The notes under the pieces: generated by a model
What the model saw: only the letters and a program-made list of their open reading frames with translations
Database searches by the model: none
What the model was told of the DNA's origin: nothing
Program-made: the position numbers and the translations under genes
Assembly: GCA_002384935.1 (NCBI GenBank)
Contig: DGCD01000017.1
Span: 18,680-82,679 of the forward strand
DNA: 64,000 nt
DNA from: Pusillimonas sp. UBA3987
Lineage (GTDB): Bacteria; Pseudomonadota; Gammaproteobacteria; Burkholderiales; Burkholderiaceae_B
Direction of reading: 5' to 3'
Shown here: positions 34,715-43,415 of the stretch, piece by piece
Numbering within the stretch: the stretch's first letter is position 1
Layout: every line of letters begins with the position of its first letter

Positions 34715-35122
34715 TTAAAGTTCAAGTGCGGCAATTCCGGCACGCGCGATTTCCGCGTCGTCAGACGACTTCACGCCTGAGACACCGACAGCGCCGATCG
34801 TCTGGCCGTCTGCTATTACAGGCACCCCGCCCTCGAGTAGCGCATCAAGATTAGGTGCCGATAAAAATGCAACGCGCCCCTGCGCAATCACTTCTTCAAA
34901 TATCTTTGTTTCACGGCGTCCCAATGACGCTGTTCGGGCTTTTGCTTCCGACATCCGGGCTGTCATGGGTGCGGCACCGTCGAGACGCAGCATGCCCAAA
35001 AGATGGCCACCGTCGTCTGTTACCGAAATCGCAACAGCCCAGTTATGCTCTTTGGCAAAGGCCTGTGCCGCCGACAGAATTTTTGCTACTTCGCTTGCAC
35101 CGAGCACGGGTTTGGTATTCAT
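34715..35122 (-). CDS. GlcG/HbpS-like (DUF336) heme-binding family protein
   Basis: 135 aa with AVAI.D.GG.L...R.DGA and GG.P motifs. Strong AGGAGG SD. Confidence 0.75.
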   Translation of the reverse strand: MNTKPVLGASEVAKILSAAQAFAKEHNWAVAISVTDDGGHLLGMLRLDGAAPMTARMSEAKARTASLGRRETKIFEEVIAQGRVAFLSAPNLDALLEGGVPVIADGQTIGAVGVSGVKSSDDAEIARAGIAALEL

Positions 35123-35298
35123 TGAGTTGTCCTCCTGGATAGTGTCTATTTATTTATTCAACAATGAATCCGCATGATGCCATAAGTTCCAGGTTACGGC
35201 CTCCCATCACCTGCGCGCGGAATTTGTAACATTTCAAGCTTTACCTGACACAAAGTTTTAGTTACACTCGGGCACGCAAAAAGTGCCAATCGGGAAAC

Positions 35299-35321
35299 AG
35301 GCCTAAATGCTTAGGCCTTTT
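35299..35321 (+). promoter_or_regulatory. Terminator-like hairpin in the 5' leader of the NlpC/P60 gene
   Basis: AGGCCTAAatgcTTAGGCCTttt ends 11 nt before the ATG. A second hairpin GGCACgcaaaaaGTGCC lies at 35271-35287. Confidence 0.4.
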
Positions 35322-35332
35322 GTCAGGGAACC

Positions 35333-35977
35333 ATGTCGGATAACGTACCAGCCAACTCCGGGAGTCAATGTCGTGCGCCAATCACCACGGTTGGCGCAAA
35401 AGCAATGGTCTTCGCAGTTGCCATATTTTTGGCGGGGTGCGCGTCCAGCGGCCCTGGCTCACAGGCAGGCAACGACCGCGAAGCTTACCTGGCACACTTG
35501 CGCTCCGATCCGCTGGGCGCCTACCTGGCCAAGAACGATTACGGTCTTAGCCGCTCCCCCGAAACGTTTTACAACGACTCGCGTGCAATGGCCGGCGCTG
35601 CAATGGAGCACCTGGGGGTTGAATATAAATACGGGGGAGACGAGCCGGATACCGGTTTCGACTGCAGCGGCCTGGTTATCTATGCGGCGGAAAAATCACT
35701 GGGTTTGAAGCTGCCCCGCCGCTCTGCCGATATTGCCCGCCAGGGCATTGCTGTTGAACGCTCAGAGTTACGCAAAGGTGACCTGGTCTTTTTCAATACG
35801 CTAGGCAGACGTTTTTCGCATGTCGGCATCTACCTGGGCAATCATAAGTTTGTCCACGCGCCCCGCCGGGGAGCCCAGGTGCGCGTCGAGAGCATGGACA
35901 TTGCATACTGGAAAAAACGCTACAACGGCGCCCGACGGCTTGGCGCCGACACCCTGCGCTCAGCCTCGCTGCAATAA
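35333..35977 (+). CDS. NlpC/P60 (C40) family cell-wall peptidase lipoprotein
   Basis: Lipobox FLAGC and catalytic region GFDCSGLV...HVGIY. The start could instead be the ATG at 35405. Confidence 0.85.
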   Translation: MSDNVPANSGSQCRAPITTVGAKAMVFAVAIFLAGCASSGPGSQAGNDREAYLAHLRSDPLGAYLAKNDYGLSRSPETFYNDSRAMAGAAMEHLGVEYKYGGDEPDTGFDCSGLVIYAAEKSLGLKLPRRSADIARQGIAVERSELRKGDLVFFNTLGRRFSHVGIYLGNHKFVHAPRRGAQVRVESMDIAYWKKRYNGARRLGADTLRSASLQ

Positions 35978-36270
35978 CCGCACTGCATCAAAGCCTGCTG
36001 CATACAACACACAGACCTGCGGCAGGCCACAACGCGTATGCCAGATCGCTGAGCTGCCATACGGAATGTTTTCATGACATTGTGGCCCAGGAAATCAGTA
36101 AGCAAAATCAGTAAATCGATGCCTGAAGGCAATTGAAGATTTTTCTTCTGATGGGCAGGATCCCGACCGCTGATATGTCGGTGAATCGAAATATTATGCC
36201 CCTTCAACAGATCAGGAATGTTGCCCAGGCGATCGGCACCCACAATTACCGCATTTACAAATGTCGTCAT
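35920..36270 (-). CDS. DUF2325 domain protein
   Basis: 116 aa. IVGADRLG..., LLILLTDFLGHNVMK pattern as I recall for DUF2325. GGGAG SD. The 3' end overlaps the nlpC/P60 gene by 58 nt. Confidence 0.55.
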   Translation of the reverse strand: MTTFVNAVIVGADRLGNIPDLLKGHNISIHRHISGRDPAHQKKNLQLPSGIDLLILLTDFLGHNVMKTFRMAAQRSGIRVVACRRSVCCMQQALMQCGYCSEAERRVSAPSRRAPL

Positions 36271-36324
36271 GATGACTCCCGTTGTCTAAGAATTAAGACA
36301 AACGATAATCATTCTTATTTGTAT

Positions 36325-36342
36325 TGTCAATACATATTGACA
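36325..36342. promoter_or_regulatory. Perfect palindrome TGTCAATA-ca-TATTGACA upstream of the DUF2325 gene (operator and/or -35 element)
   Basis: 8+8 bp inverted repeat 55-72 nt upstream of ATG 36270. It contains TTGACA on both strands. Confidence 0.45.
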
Positions 36343-36386
36343 TCATATCGACTTCGGCAACAACGCAGCACGATAGTTAATGTTAA

Positions 36387-37337
36387 TTAATCGGGTGACG
36401 GTACTTTTTCCAATGCCTGTTGCACCACTTCGCGCGTCAGTTCGGGCGCCATCATTTCCAGCAAGGCGTACACATAATCGCGCAAGAATACGCCCTGCTT
36501 CATAGCCACGCGAGTTACATGGGTACCGAACAAATGCCCAACGGGAATCCCCACCAGGCCTTTGTCACGGCGCGGATCGTAGGCGATCCCCGCAATAATG
36601 CCAATCCCCAGGCCCACGTCGACATAGGTTTTAATGACGTCAGCGTCGATGGCCTCCAGGACAATATCGGGGGTGATATTGCGCGACTCGAATACTTCGT
36701 CAATGACCCGGCGCCCCGAAAACTGACGATCGTACGTGACGATTGGATATTGAGCCATTTGCTCAAGCGTTAAATTGCGCGCCTGTGACGAAGTCAGCTC
36801 TGTCAACGGGTGGTCTGGCTTGACCACAACCACGTGCTCCCATGAAACAACTGGCAAAGCCACAAGACCCGGCGTATGTGCCAGCGATTCAGTCGCAATG
36901 GCCAGGTCAGCCTGCTCGTGCAGTACCATTTGCGCCAGGGTGGGCGGGTTTCCTTCTGCCAGCGACATTCTGACCTTGGGGAAACGGGCGCGAAACGCCG
37001 GAATAACCTTTGGCAGCAGATAACGTGCCTGGGCATGGGTGCAGCCAATCACCAGCCCGCCTTCGTCTTTTTGGGCGAACTCGTCACTTACTTTTTTCAG
37101 GTTATCCACTTCCCGCATAATACGCTCGATAACCTGAGCCACGACGGCACCCGGCTTTGTCAGGCCTTTTATGCGCTTTCCATGACGTTCAAATATTTTG
37201 ACGCCCAACTCTTCCTCGAACTCGATAATCGATTTCGACACCCCTGGTTGAGAAGTATACAAAGAGCGCGCAGCTTCTGTCAGGTTATAGTTGCGCCGTA
37301 TGGTTTCTCGCACGAAGCGAAACTGTTGAAGATTCAT
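36387..37337 (-). CDS. LysR-family transcriptional regulator, CysB/Cbl-like
   Basis: MNLQQFRFVRE...NYNLTEAA..LYTSQPGVSK.I...E..LG..IF.R.GKR; 316 aa. Confidence 0.8.
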   Translation of the reverse strand: MNLQQFRFVRETIRRNYNLTEAARSLYTSQPGVSKSIIEFEEELGVKIFERHGKRIKGLTKPGAVVAQVIERIMREVDNLKKVSDEFAQKDEGGLVIGCTHAQARYLLPKVIPAFRARFPKVRMSLAEGNPPTLAQMVLHEQADLAIATESLAHTPGLVALPVVSWEHVVVVKPDHPLTELTSSQARNLTLEQMAQYPIVTYDRQFSGRRVIDEVFESRNITPDIVLEAIDADVIKTYVDVGLGIGIIAGIAYDPRRDKGLVGIPVGHLFGTHVTRVAMKQGVFLRDYVYALLEMMAPELTREVVQQALEKVPSPD

Positions 37338-37338
37338 T

Positions 37339-37388
37339 TTTTACCCCGTATAGGGGTAAAATTATACGTAATATAGAAACAAACTCAA
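37339..37388 (-). promoter_or_regulatory. Candidate promoter plus 5'-terminal hairpin that includes the SD of the cysB-like gene
   Basis: On the minus strand: TTGAGT (37383-37388), 16-nt spacer, TATAAT (37361-37366). The transcript would start in TTTTACCCCtatacGGGGTAAAA (37339-37361), directly abutting the ATG. Confidence 0.4.
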
Positions 37389-37428
37389 ATAATATTCAGT
37401 AATATGTCTATATTAAAAAGCAGATTAG

Positions 37429-38538
37429 TCAAGAGGCAGGTTTGGGGGATTTGGGCGGTCGGATACGTAGCTTGCGCCACATCATGAACACCATCAAAGC
37501 AAGAAAGATGGCGTGAACCAGCCAGATGCCCAGATAAAAATTCAGTTGTCCTGTACCGATCCAGCCACGCGACAGATTAATCAGGTTCATGTACAACAGC
37601 CCCACCAGGCCCGCGATCAAAACGTCTCCGGACCGCCCCAGGCGCGGGTTCACAGCGCCCAGTGGAATGGCCAGTAACGCCAGGTTCAGCGCAGCAAGCG
37701 GCAAAGCGAGCCGCCACATCATCTGGGAATCGGCGTTATCGTTATTATCGTTGAACAACTGTTGTGTTGGACGCGCTTTTATCTGACTCTCGGCCTGGGC
37801 TCGTAACGCCTCCGGTGTTGTATCGCCCTCTCCCTCCAGACGAAACCCATAGCGCTGGAAATCAAGCAGGCGAAACTCAGTTTGACCTGGCTTCAAATCG
37901 TAGCGGTGCCCTTGCGAAAGAACCAGGAAGCGGTCTCCATTGTCCTGGGTTTCAACCCGCGCACTGTTGGCGGTTACAACACTGAGCCAGCCTTCGTCGT
38001 TGATCCGGGCCACAACCTTGCCCAGCTCATCCCCCTCATTCACAGGATCTTCAGCAAAAAACACCCGGGCGCCATTTTCGGTTTCAATAAACTGTCCGGC
38101 CGTCACCTTGGACAAATCTGACCTTTGTTCATAGCGCTGACGGTACTCGGCAATTTGCCGATAGGCCCAAGGCGAGGCGAACAATGTCAAGAATGCGATC
38201 AGCATCGCCGCCGGCACTGCAAGACGCATAACCGGGCCAATCCAGTCTTTCAACGACAGGCCACTGGCAAACCATACGACCATTTCCGACTCGCGAAAAT
38301 TACGTGTTACGGTGGTAAGCACGGCAATGAACAATGACACCGACAAAATAACCGGCAACGCGGTAATACTTGAAAAGGTAGCCAGGCCGAACACGACGTC
38401 GGCACCAATACTGCCGCCTGCCGCATCGCCAAGCAGCCGAACAAGCAGGACACTGAGCCAAACCACCAATAGCGTGGAAAAAACCACACCGGCATGACTC
38501 ATGATTTCGGAGACGACAGATCGTTTGAATAGAGACAT
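37429..38538 (-). CDS. lptF: LPS export ABC transporter permease LptF
   Basis: YjgP/YjgQ-type sequence (MSLFKRSVVSEI..., 6 TM plus periplasmic domain), divergent from pepA as in E. coli. ATG at 38538 preferred over the TTG at 38544. Confidence 0.85.
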   Translation of the reverse strand: MSLFKRSVVSEIMSHAGVVFSTLLVVWLSVLLVRLLGDAAGGSIGADVVFGLATFSSITALPVILSVSLFIAVLTTVTRNFRESEMVVWFASGLSLKDWIGPVMRLAVPAAMLIAFLTLFASPWAYRQIAEYRQRYEQRSDLSKVTAGQFIETENGARVFFAEDPVNEGDELGKVVARINDEGWLSVVTANSARVETQDNGDRFLVLSQGHRYDLKPGQTEFRLLDFQRYGFRLEGEGDTTPEALRAQAESQIKARPTQQLFNDNNDNADSQMMWRLALPLAALNLALLAIPLGAVNPRLGRSGDVLIAGLVGLLYMNLINLSRGWIGTGQLNFYLGIWLVHAIFLALMVFMMWRKLRIRPPKSPKPAS

Positions 38539-38594
38539 AAACAAAAATGCGAGATAATCAACAACATTCGGCCGATTAACTACGGAAAGCTTAT

Positions 38595-40100
38595 ATGGAA
38601 TTCAGCACACAAACCAACGCAGCGCCCCACCAAATTAAAACCGCGGCACTGGCTGTCGGCATTTTTGCCGAAGGCCAGCTCACACAACCTGCTCAACTGC
38701 TCGACCAGGCATGCAACGGTGCGTTATCACGTATTGCTAAAAGCGAATTTCCCGGCAAAGCCGGTACCCAAACCCTGCTTAGAAACCTGGACGGCGTTGC
38801 CGCCGAGCGGGTTATTTTAATCGGGTTGGGCAAACAAGACAGCTACAACAGCAAAATTCATGCAAATGCCGAACTGGCCTTCGCAAAGTACTGCGTACAG
38901 GCGCAGGTTGCAGAAGGTGTCTCCACGCTTGCAAGCCTCGACTGCCAAGACGCCAGCATTCGGCAGCGCAGCCAAATTGCCGCAACTGCGGCAAGCCAGG
39001 CAACCTATCAGTATGATGCCACACTGGGCAAGGAAAACCGCAGCAAGCCCGTCAAATTAAAGAAAATAGCACAATGGGTCAGCCGCAGCGATGCGGCCCA
39101 GGCCAAGCTTGGGCTGCGTGCCGGCCAGGCAATCGGCAACGGCATGCAGCTTACCCGCCTGCTTGGCGATCTTCCAGGCAACGTCTGCACACCCACTTAC
39201 CTTGGGCAAACCGCGAAAAAACTGGCAAAAGAATTCAACACCCTCAAGGCCGAGGTCCTGGGACTCAAGCAAATCCAGAACCTGAAAATGAATGCGTTTC
39301 TTTCTGTTGCCAAAGGTTCGGATGAACCGCCGGCGTTCATTGTGCTCAAGTACACACCGGCTGCCGAAAAAGCAAAGTCGTCACGTGGCAAGAAACCTTA
39401 TGTACTTGTCGGCAAGGGCATTACCTTCGACTCTGGCGGGATATCAATCAAGCCAGGCGCCAACATGGATGAAATGAAATACGACATGTGCGGTGCGGCA
39501 AGCGTATTGGGCGCCATGCGCGCCGTTGCCGAGCTGGAATTGAATCAGTCCGTTATCGGCGTAATTCCGGCTTGCGAAAACCTGCCCAGCGGCCGTGCCA
39601 ACAAACCAGGTGATGTCATCACCAGCATGTCCGGCCAAACAATCGAAATTCTGAACACCGACGCCGAAGGTCGTCTGGTGCTGTGCGATGCGCTCACCTA
39701 CGTTCAGCGATTCAAACCTCAGGCGGTTATCGACATTGCGACGCTAACCGGGGCATGCGTAGTCGCGCTGGGCCATGTCAACACCGGTCTTTTCTCACCG
39801 AATGACGAACTGGCCACGCAACTGCAAGCCGCCGGGCGGCAAACCAATGATCCGGCCTGGCGCTTGCCGCTTGATGATGCCTATCAGGAACAATTGCGGT
39901 CCAATTTTGCCGATATGGCCAATATCGGCGGACCACCCGCGGGGTCGGTTACCGCGGCCTGCTTTTTGTCGCGTTACACCAAGGAATACGACTGGGCCCA
40001 CCTCGACATTGCCGGCACGGCATGGCGCAGCGGCAAAGACAAGGGCGCTTCCGGACGTCCCGTTCCCCTGCTCATTCAATACCTGATGAATCAGAATTGA
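38595..40100 (+). CDS. pepA: Leucyl aminopeptidase (M17)
   Basis: NTDAEGRL motif and [11 protein letters not shown]; 501 aa. Confidence 0.95.
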   Translation: MEFSTQTNAAPHQIKTAALAVGIFAEGQLTQPAQLLDQACNGALSRIAKSEFPGKAGTQTLLRNLDGVAAERVILIGLGKQDSYNSKIHANAELAFAKYCVQAQVAEGVSTLASLDCQDASIRQRSQIAATAASQATYQYDATLGKENRSKPVKLKKIAQWVSRSDAAQAKLGLRAGQAIGNGMQLTRLLGDLPGNVCTPTYLGQTAKKLAKEFNTLKAEVLGLKQIQNLKMNAFLSVAKGSDEPPAFIVLKYTPAAEKAKSSRGKKPYVLVGKGITFDSGGISIKPGANMDEMKYDMCGAASVLGAMRAVAELELNQSVIGVIPACENLPSGRANKPGDVITSMSGQTIEILNTDAEGRLVLCDALTYVQRFKPQAVIDIATLTGACVVALGHVNTGLFSPNDELATQLQAAGRQTNDPAWRLPLDDAYQEQLRSNFADMANIGGPPAGSVTAACFLSRYTKEYDWAHLDIAGTAWRSGKDKGASGRPVPLLIQYLMNQN

Positions 40101-40105
40101 GTGTA

Positions 40106-40558
40106 ATGGCACGAGTCGACTTTGCATTCGGTGCTGAAGATCGCTTGCGAACCACCTGCGAGGTGATTCGCAAGCATTACCAGCAGCAACACCCTTTACT
40201 TGTTTACTGCAGTCAAACAGAACTGCTGGACCGGTTCGACCAGTTTCTATGGTCGTTTAAACCCGAGGCGTTTATTCCGCATGTCGACGCCGACGATCCG
40301 CTGGCTTCAAGCACGCCGGTATTGTTGACAAGCAGGCCGCCTGAACCCGCCATGCACGCCCAATCCGACACCCAGCCGGTATGGCTGCTCAACCTGGATA
40401 CCGCCTGCCCCCCCAACGCAAATCAATTCAACCGTATTCTTGAAATAGTGAGTCTGCAGCCCGAAGACATCGAGCCTGCACGGCAACGTTGGCTCCATTA
40501 CAAAACCGACGGGCACGACCTGCATGCTCATGACCTTTCGGCACGCAAATCCACTTGA
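40106..40558 (+). CDS. holC: DNA polymerase III chi subunit
   Basis: 150 aa from ATG 40106, in the conserved pepA-holC order, with FLWSF..E.FIPH motif. Confidence 0.8.
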   Translation: MARVDFAFGAEDRLRTTCEVIRKHYQQQHPLLVYCSQTELLDRFDQFLWSFKPEAFIPHVDADDPLASSTPVLLTSRPPEPAMHAQSDTQPVWLLNLDTACPPNANQFNRILEIVSLQPEDIEPARQRWLHYKTDGHDLHAHDLSARKST

Positions 40559-40676
40559 TGTTCAGCAAGGTGTAAGTTAAGCTTTCAACTAGGAACTCCG
40601 TGCGTATCTGCAGGTCATATGCACTGAGGTCAAACGTTTTTTGTACGATCACGATACTCAATTAAAAGGATTCACT

Positions 40677-41387
40677 ATGAGCGACTCCCGTCAACCCTCT
40701 TTCCCCGGCCGGGAAACCTATGGTGCGGCCTCCCAGGAGGTTGTGCGTAATCGCGTCCTGCGCAACACTTACTGGCTGCTTGCGTTGTCCTTGATTCCAA
40801 CGGTTTTGGGCGCCTGGATGGGCGTTGCCACCGGTATCAACTCGGCTATGGCATCCAGCCCCGGCATGAGCCTTATCTTGTTCTTTGTCGGTGCGTTTGG
40901 CCTGATGTACCTGGTTGAGAAGAACAAAAACAGCAGCCTGGGCGTTGCGTTTCTGCTTGCCTTTACCTTTTTCATGGGCCTGATGCTGTCCCGGCTTATC
41001 GGGTTTATACTGGGCATGGGTAACGGCACCCAGTTGATCATGATGGCTTTCGGCGGAACCGCAGTTGTCTTCGGCGCAATGGCCAGTATCGCCACCACCA
41101 CAAAGCGCGATTTCACTCACCTGCAAAAATTCCTGTTCATTGGTGTCATCCTTCTGATCGTGGCAGCGGTCGCGAATGTGTTCCTGCAGTTGCCTGCCCT
41201 GATGCTGACCATTTCCGTCATCGCCATCGGGCTGTTCTCGGTACTGCTGCTGGTCGACTTGCAACGCATTGTGAACGGGGGCGAAACCAATTACGTCTCG
41301 GCCACCATGGCGGTTTATCTCGATCTGTACAACATCTTCGCCAATTTGCTGATGCTATTGGGCATTTTCGGCGGCGACGGCGATTAA
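40677..41387 (+). CDS. Bax inhibitor-1/YccA family membrane protein
   Basis: 236 aa, 7 TM, RNTYWLLALSL and C-terminal YLD..N.F..LL motifs. ATG at 40677. Confidence 0.85.
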   Translation: MSDSRQPSFPGRETYGAASQEVVRNRVLRNTYWLLALSLIPTVLGAWMGVATGINSAMASSPGMSLILFFVGAFGLMYLVEKNKNSSLGVAFLLAFTFFMGLMLSRLIGFILGMGNGTQLIMMAFGGTAVVFGAMASIATTTKRDFTHLQKFLFIGVILLIVAAVANVFLQLPALMLTISVIAIGLFSVLLLVDLQRIVNGGETNYVSATMAVYLDLYNIFANLLMLLGIFGGDGD

Positions 41388-41948
41388 GCGGTTCAAACGA
41401 AACAAGCGTTCCCGCTTCAACATCCCTATCAACGGCTCGTCATAGCGACGAGCCGTTTTTTCTTGGCCCAACAGCTCAGCCAATGCTTCAAGCACGAGTT
41501 CGGCATGATATTCAAAGCATGATGACAGGAACGCATCGGGTTCCCAGCGCTGGATATCCAGACGACGCAATTCACTGCGATTGAAGTCCTTTGTATTTCG
41601 GGTCAGGATCCCTACTGGAGAGCCGGCATAGCGTTCCTGAACGGCACAGGCTACCGCAATCACATGCCAATCTTTTGGATCGCTGTATTTCAAGCCTGCC
41701 TTGTAGGCCGATACGTCCCCCTGGTCCGCGTCGGGAAAACCGGCCTGCAATGCCTCCCATTGGTCATGAATATGATCGCTTGGCACCGCCCAGAGACGTT
41801 CAGCCGTACGACGCCACTCATCGCCAATGACCGGGCTCCATGCGGGGCTGAAAACGTCTTGCTCTGCCAGACGCAACAAGACATGACGCAGGACATTGGA
41901 AATGAGTACGCACGTGTCCAACACAACAAAGGGGGGCAGCGTCGTCAT
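41355..41948 (-). CDS. PIN-domain protein (putative ribonuclease), no adjacent antitoxin
   Basis: 197 aa with VVLDTCVL, KDWHVIAVA and TRNTKDF acidic-residue blocks. The start shares one base with the recO stop. Confidence 0.65.
   Translation of the reverse strand: MTTLPPFVVLDTCVLISNVLRHVLLRLAEQDVFSPAWSPVIGDEWRRTAERLWAVPSDHIHDQWEALQAGFPDADQGDVSAYKAGLKYSDPKDWHVIAVACAVQERYAGSPVGILTRNTKDFNRSELRRLDIQRWEPDAFLSSCFEYHAELVLEALAELLGQEKTARRYDEPLIGMLKRERLFRLNRLIAVAAENAQ
41431..41461 (+). terminator. Rho-independent terminator of the BI-1 gene, located inside the convergent PIN ORF
   Basis: AACGGCTCGTCatagcGACGAGCCGTTtttt: an 11-bp stem plus T-run, 44 nt after the BI-1 stop. Confidence 0.8.
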
Positions 41949-42535
41949 CAGAGCCGCTGCAAGGCCATCAAAACCGCGCGCGTACGCAACGGGCGCCCAA
42001 CCAGCAAGGTATCAATGCGCTCACGAAAACTGCGGCGCAGTTGCGGCTCGAGGGCCGGATCATCGAAATCGGGGGGCTCCATATCCAGGCCATAACCGGT
42101 TTCATGCAACAGTACCCATTCAAACCGGCGCAATGCCGACGCAGCTCCCGCTCCGGCGGCCAGCTGTATCAGCGCATCATCATAGGCTTCGAACAGCGTG
42201 GGGTGGGGGTCCTCGCGAGGCAGAAGGTATAGCAACAATTCGTTCATATACCAGGCCGACATCAGCGCGCGGCCTGACAGCGGCCTAAGGCCGGCATTAT
42301 CGGCGCGCGTCAGGGTCTTGACTTCGCCTGCTCCCGACCACGACAACAGCAATGGTTGAAATCCGGCCAATATCGTTCGCAGGGATGAATACGGCCGTTT
42401 CGCCCCTTTCGCAACCAAAGCTACAATGCCATGATCACGCGAAAAAACCTGGATCAACAGTGATGTTTCACGCCAGGGAACGGAGTGAAGCATATAAGCA
42501 AAACTATGTGTAACCCGTACAACCCGTTTACTCAT
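41948..42535 (-). CDS. recO: DNA repair protein RecO (short form)
   Basis: OB-fold N-terminus (YMLHSVPWRETSLLIQVFSRDHG...LVAKGAKR), in era-recO order. 195 aa, shorter than E. coli RecO (242 aa). Confidence 0.85.
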   Translation of the reverse strand: MSKRVVRVTHSFAYMLHSVPWRETSLLIQVFSRDHGIVALVAKGAKRPYSSLRTILAGFQPLLLSWSGAGEVKTLTRADNAGLRPLSGRALMSAWYMNELLLYLLPREDPHPTLFEAYDDALIQLAAGAGAASALRRFEWVLLHETGYGLDMEPPDFDDPALEPQLRRSFRERIDTLLVGRPLRTRAVLMALQRL

Positions 42536-43415
42536 ATCCTAAATCGCGCAGTGACGATTCTCGCGCCGACCACCCTTTACGGACCTTCACATAAACCTCA
42601 AGATGCACTGGCTTTTCAAGCAGCTTCTCGATATCCTGACGCGCTTCAGTTGCGATACGTTTCATATGCATGCCTTGGGCGCCCAATAAAATCGGACGAT
42701 GCGTCTCACGCTCAACCACAATACATGCTGCAATTCGCGCACCGCGCTCATGCTCTTCCCATTGTTCAATCACAACGGTACACGCATAGGGCAATTCGTC
42801 GCCAACCAGTCGGAAAACCTTTTCCCTGATCAACTCGGCCACAATGAAACGCATCGGACGGTCAGTTAACGTATCGGCTTCGAACATGGGTTCGCCTTCA
42901 GGCAACCGCGCGGCTATTTCATCAAGAAGCACATTCAGTTGCGTATCCTTGACCGCACTAACCGGCACCACGGCTGCATAAGCATGCTTTACCATCAAGT
43001 CGTTCACAAATCCGAATAGACTGTTCTTGTCTTTCAATTGATCGACTTTGCTCAGGACAAGAATCGTTTTCTCGGAAACGGGCAGCAACGGCAACAGTTC
43101 CTCGTCTCCCTTAGACCACTTGCCGGCTTCAACAACATGCAGCACGACGTCGACGTCGGCCAATGCCTGCGTGACGACGCGATTCATCATCCGATTCATC
43201 GTGCCGCCATGCCGGGTCTGGAACCCCGGCGTGTCGATAAAGACAAACTGTTCATGCTCACGGGTCAGCACCCCGTTAATCCGGTGCCGTGTCGTTTGGG
43301 CCTTGCGCGACACAATCGATATCTTGGAACCAATCAACGCATTGGTTAGCGTCGATTTACCCACATTGGGACGCCCCACTACCGCAACAAAACCACACCG
43401 AAAGACTGAAGTCAT
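42528..43415 (-). CDS. era: GTPase Era
   Basis: [17 protein letters not shown] motifs and a KH domain; 295 aa. Confidence 0.97.
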   Translation of the reverse strand: MTSVFRCGFVAVVGRPNVGKSTLTNALIGSKISIVSRKAQTTRHRINGVLTREHEQFVFIDTPGFQTRHGGTMNRMMNRVVTQALADVDVVLHVVEAGKWSKGDEELLPLLPVSEKTILVLSKVDQLKDKNSLFGFVNDLMVKHAYAAVVPVSAVKDTQLNVLLDEIAARLPEGEPMFEADTLTDRPMRFIVAELIREKVFRLVGDELPYACTVVIEQWEEHERGARIAACIVVERETHRPILLGAQGMHMKRIATEARQDIEKLLEKPVHLEVYVKVRKGWSARESSLRDLGYE

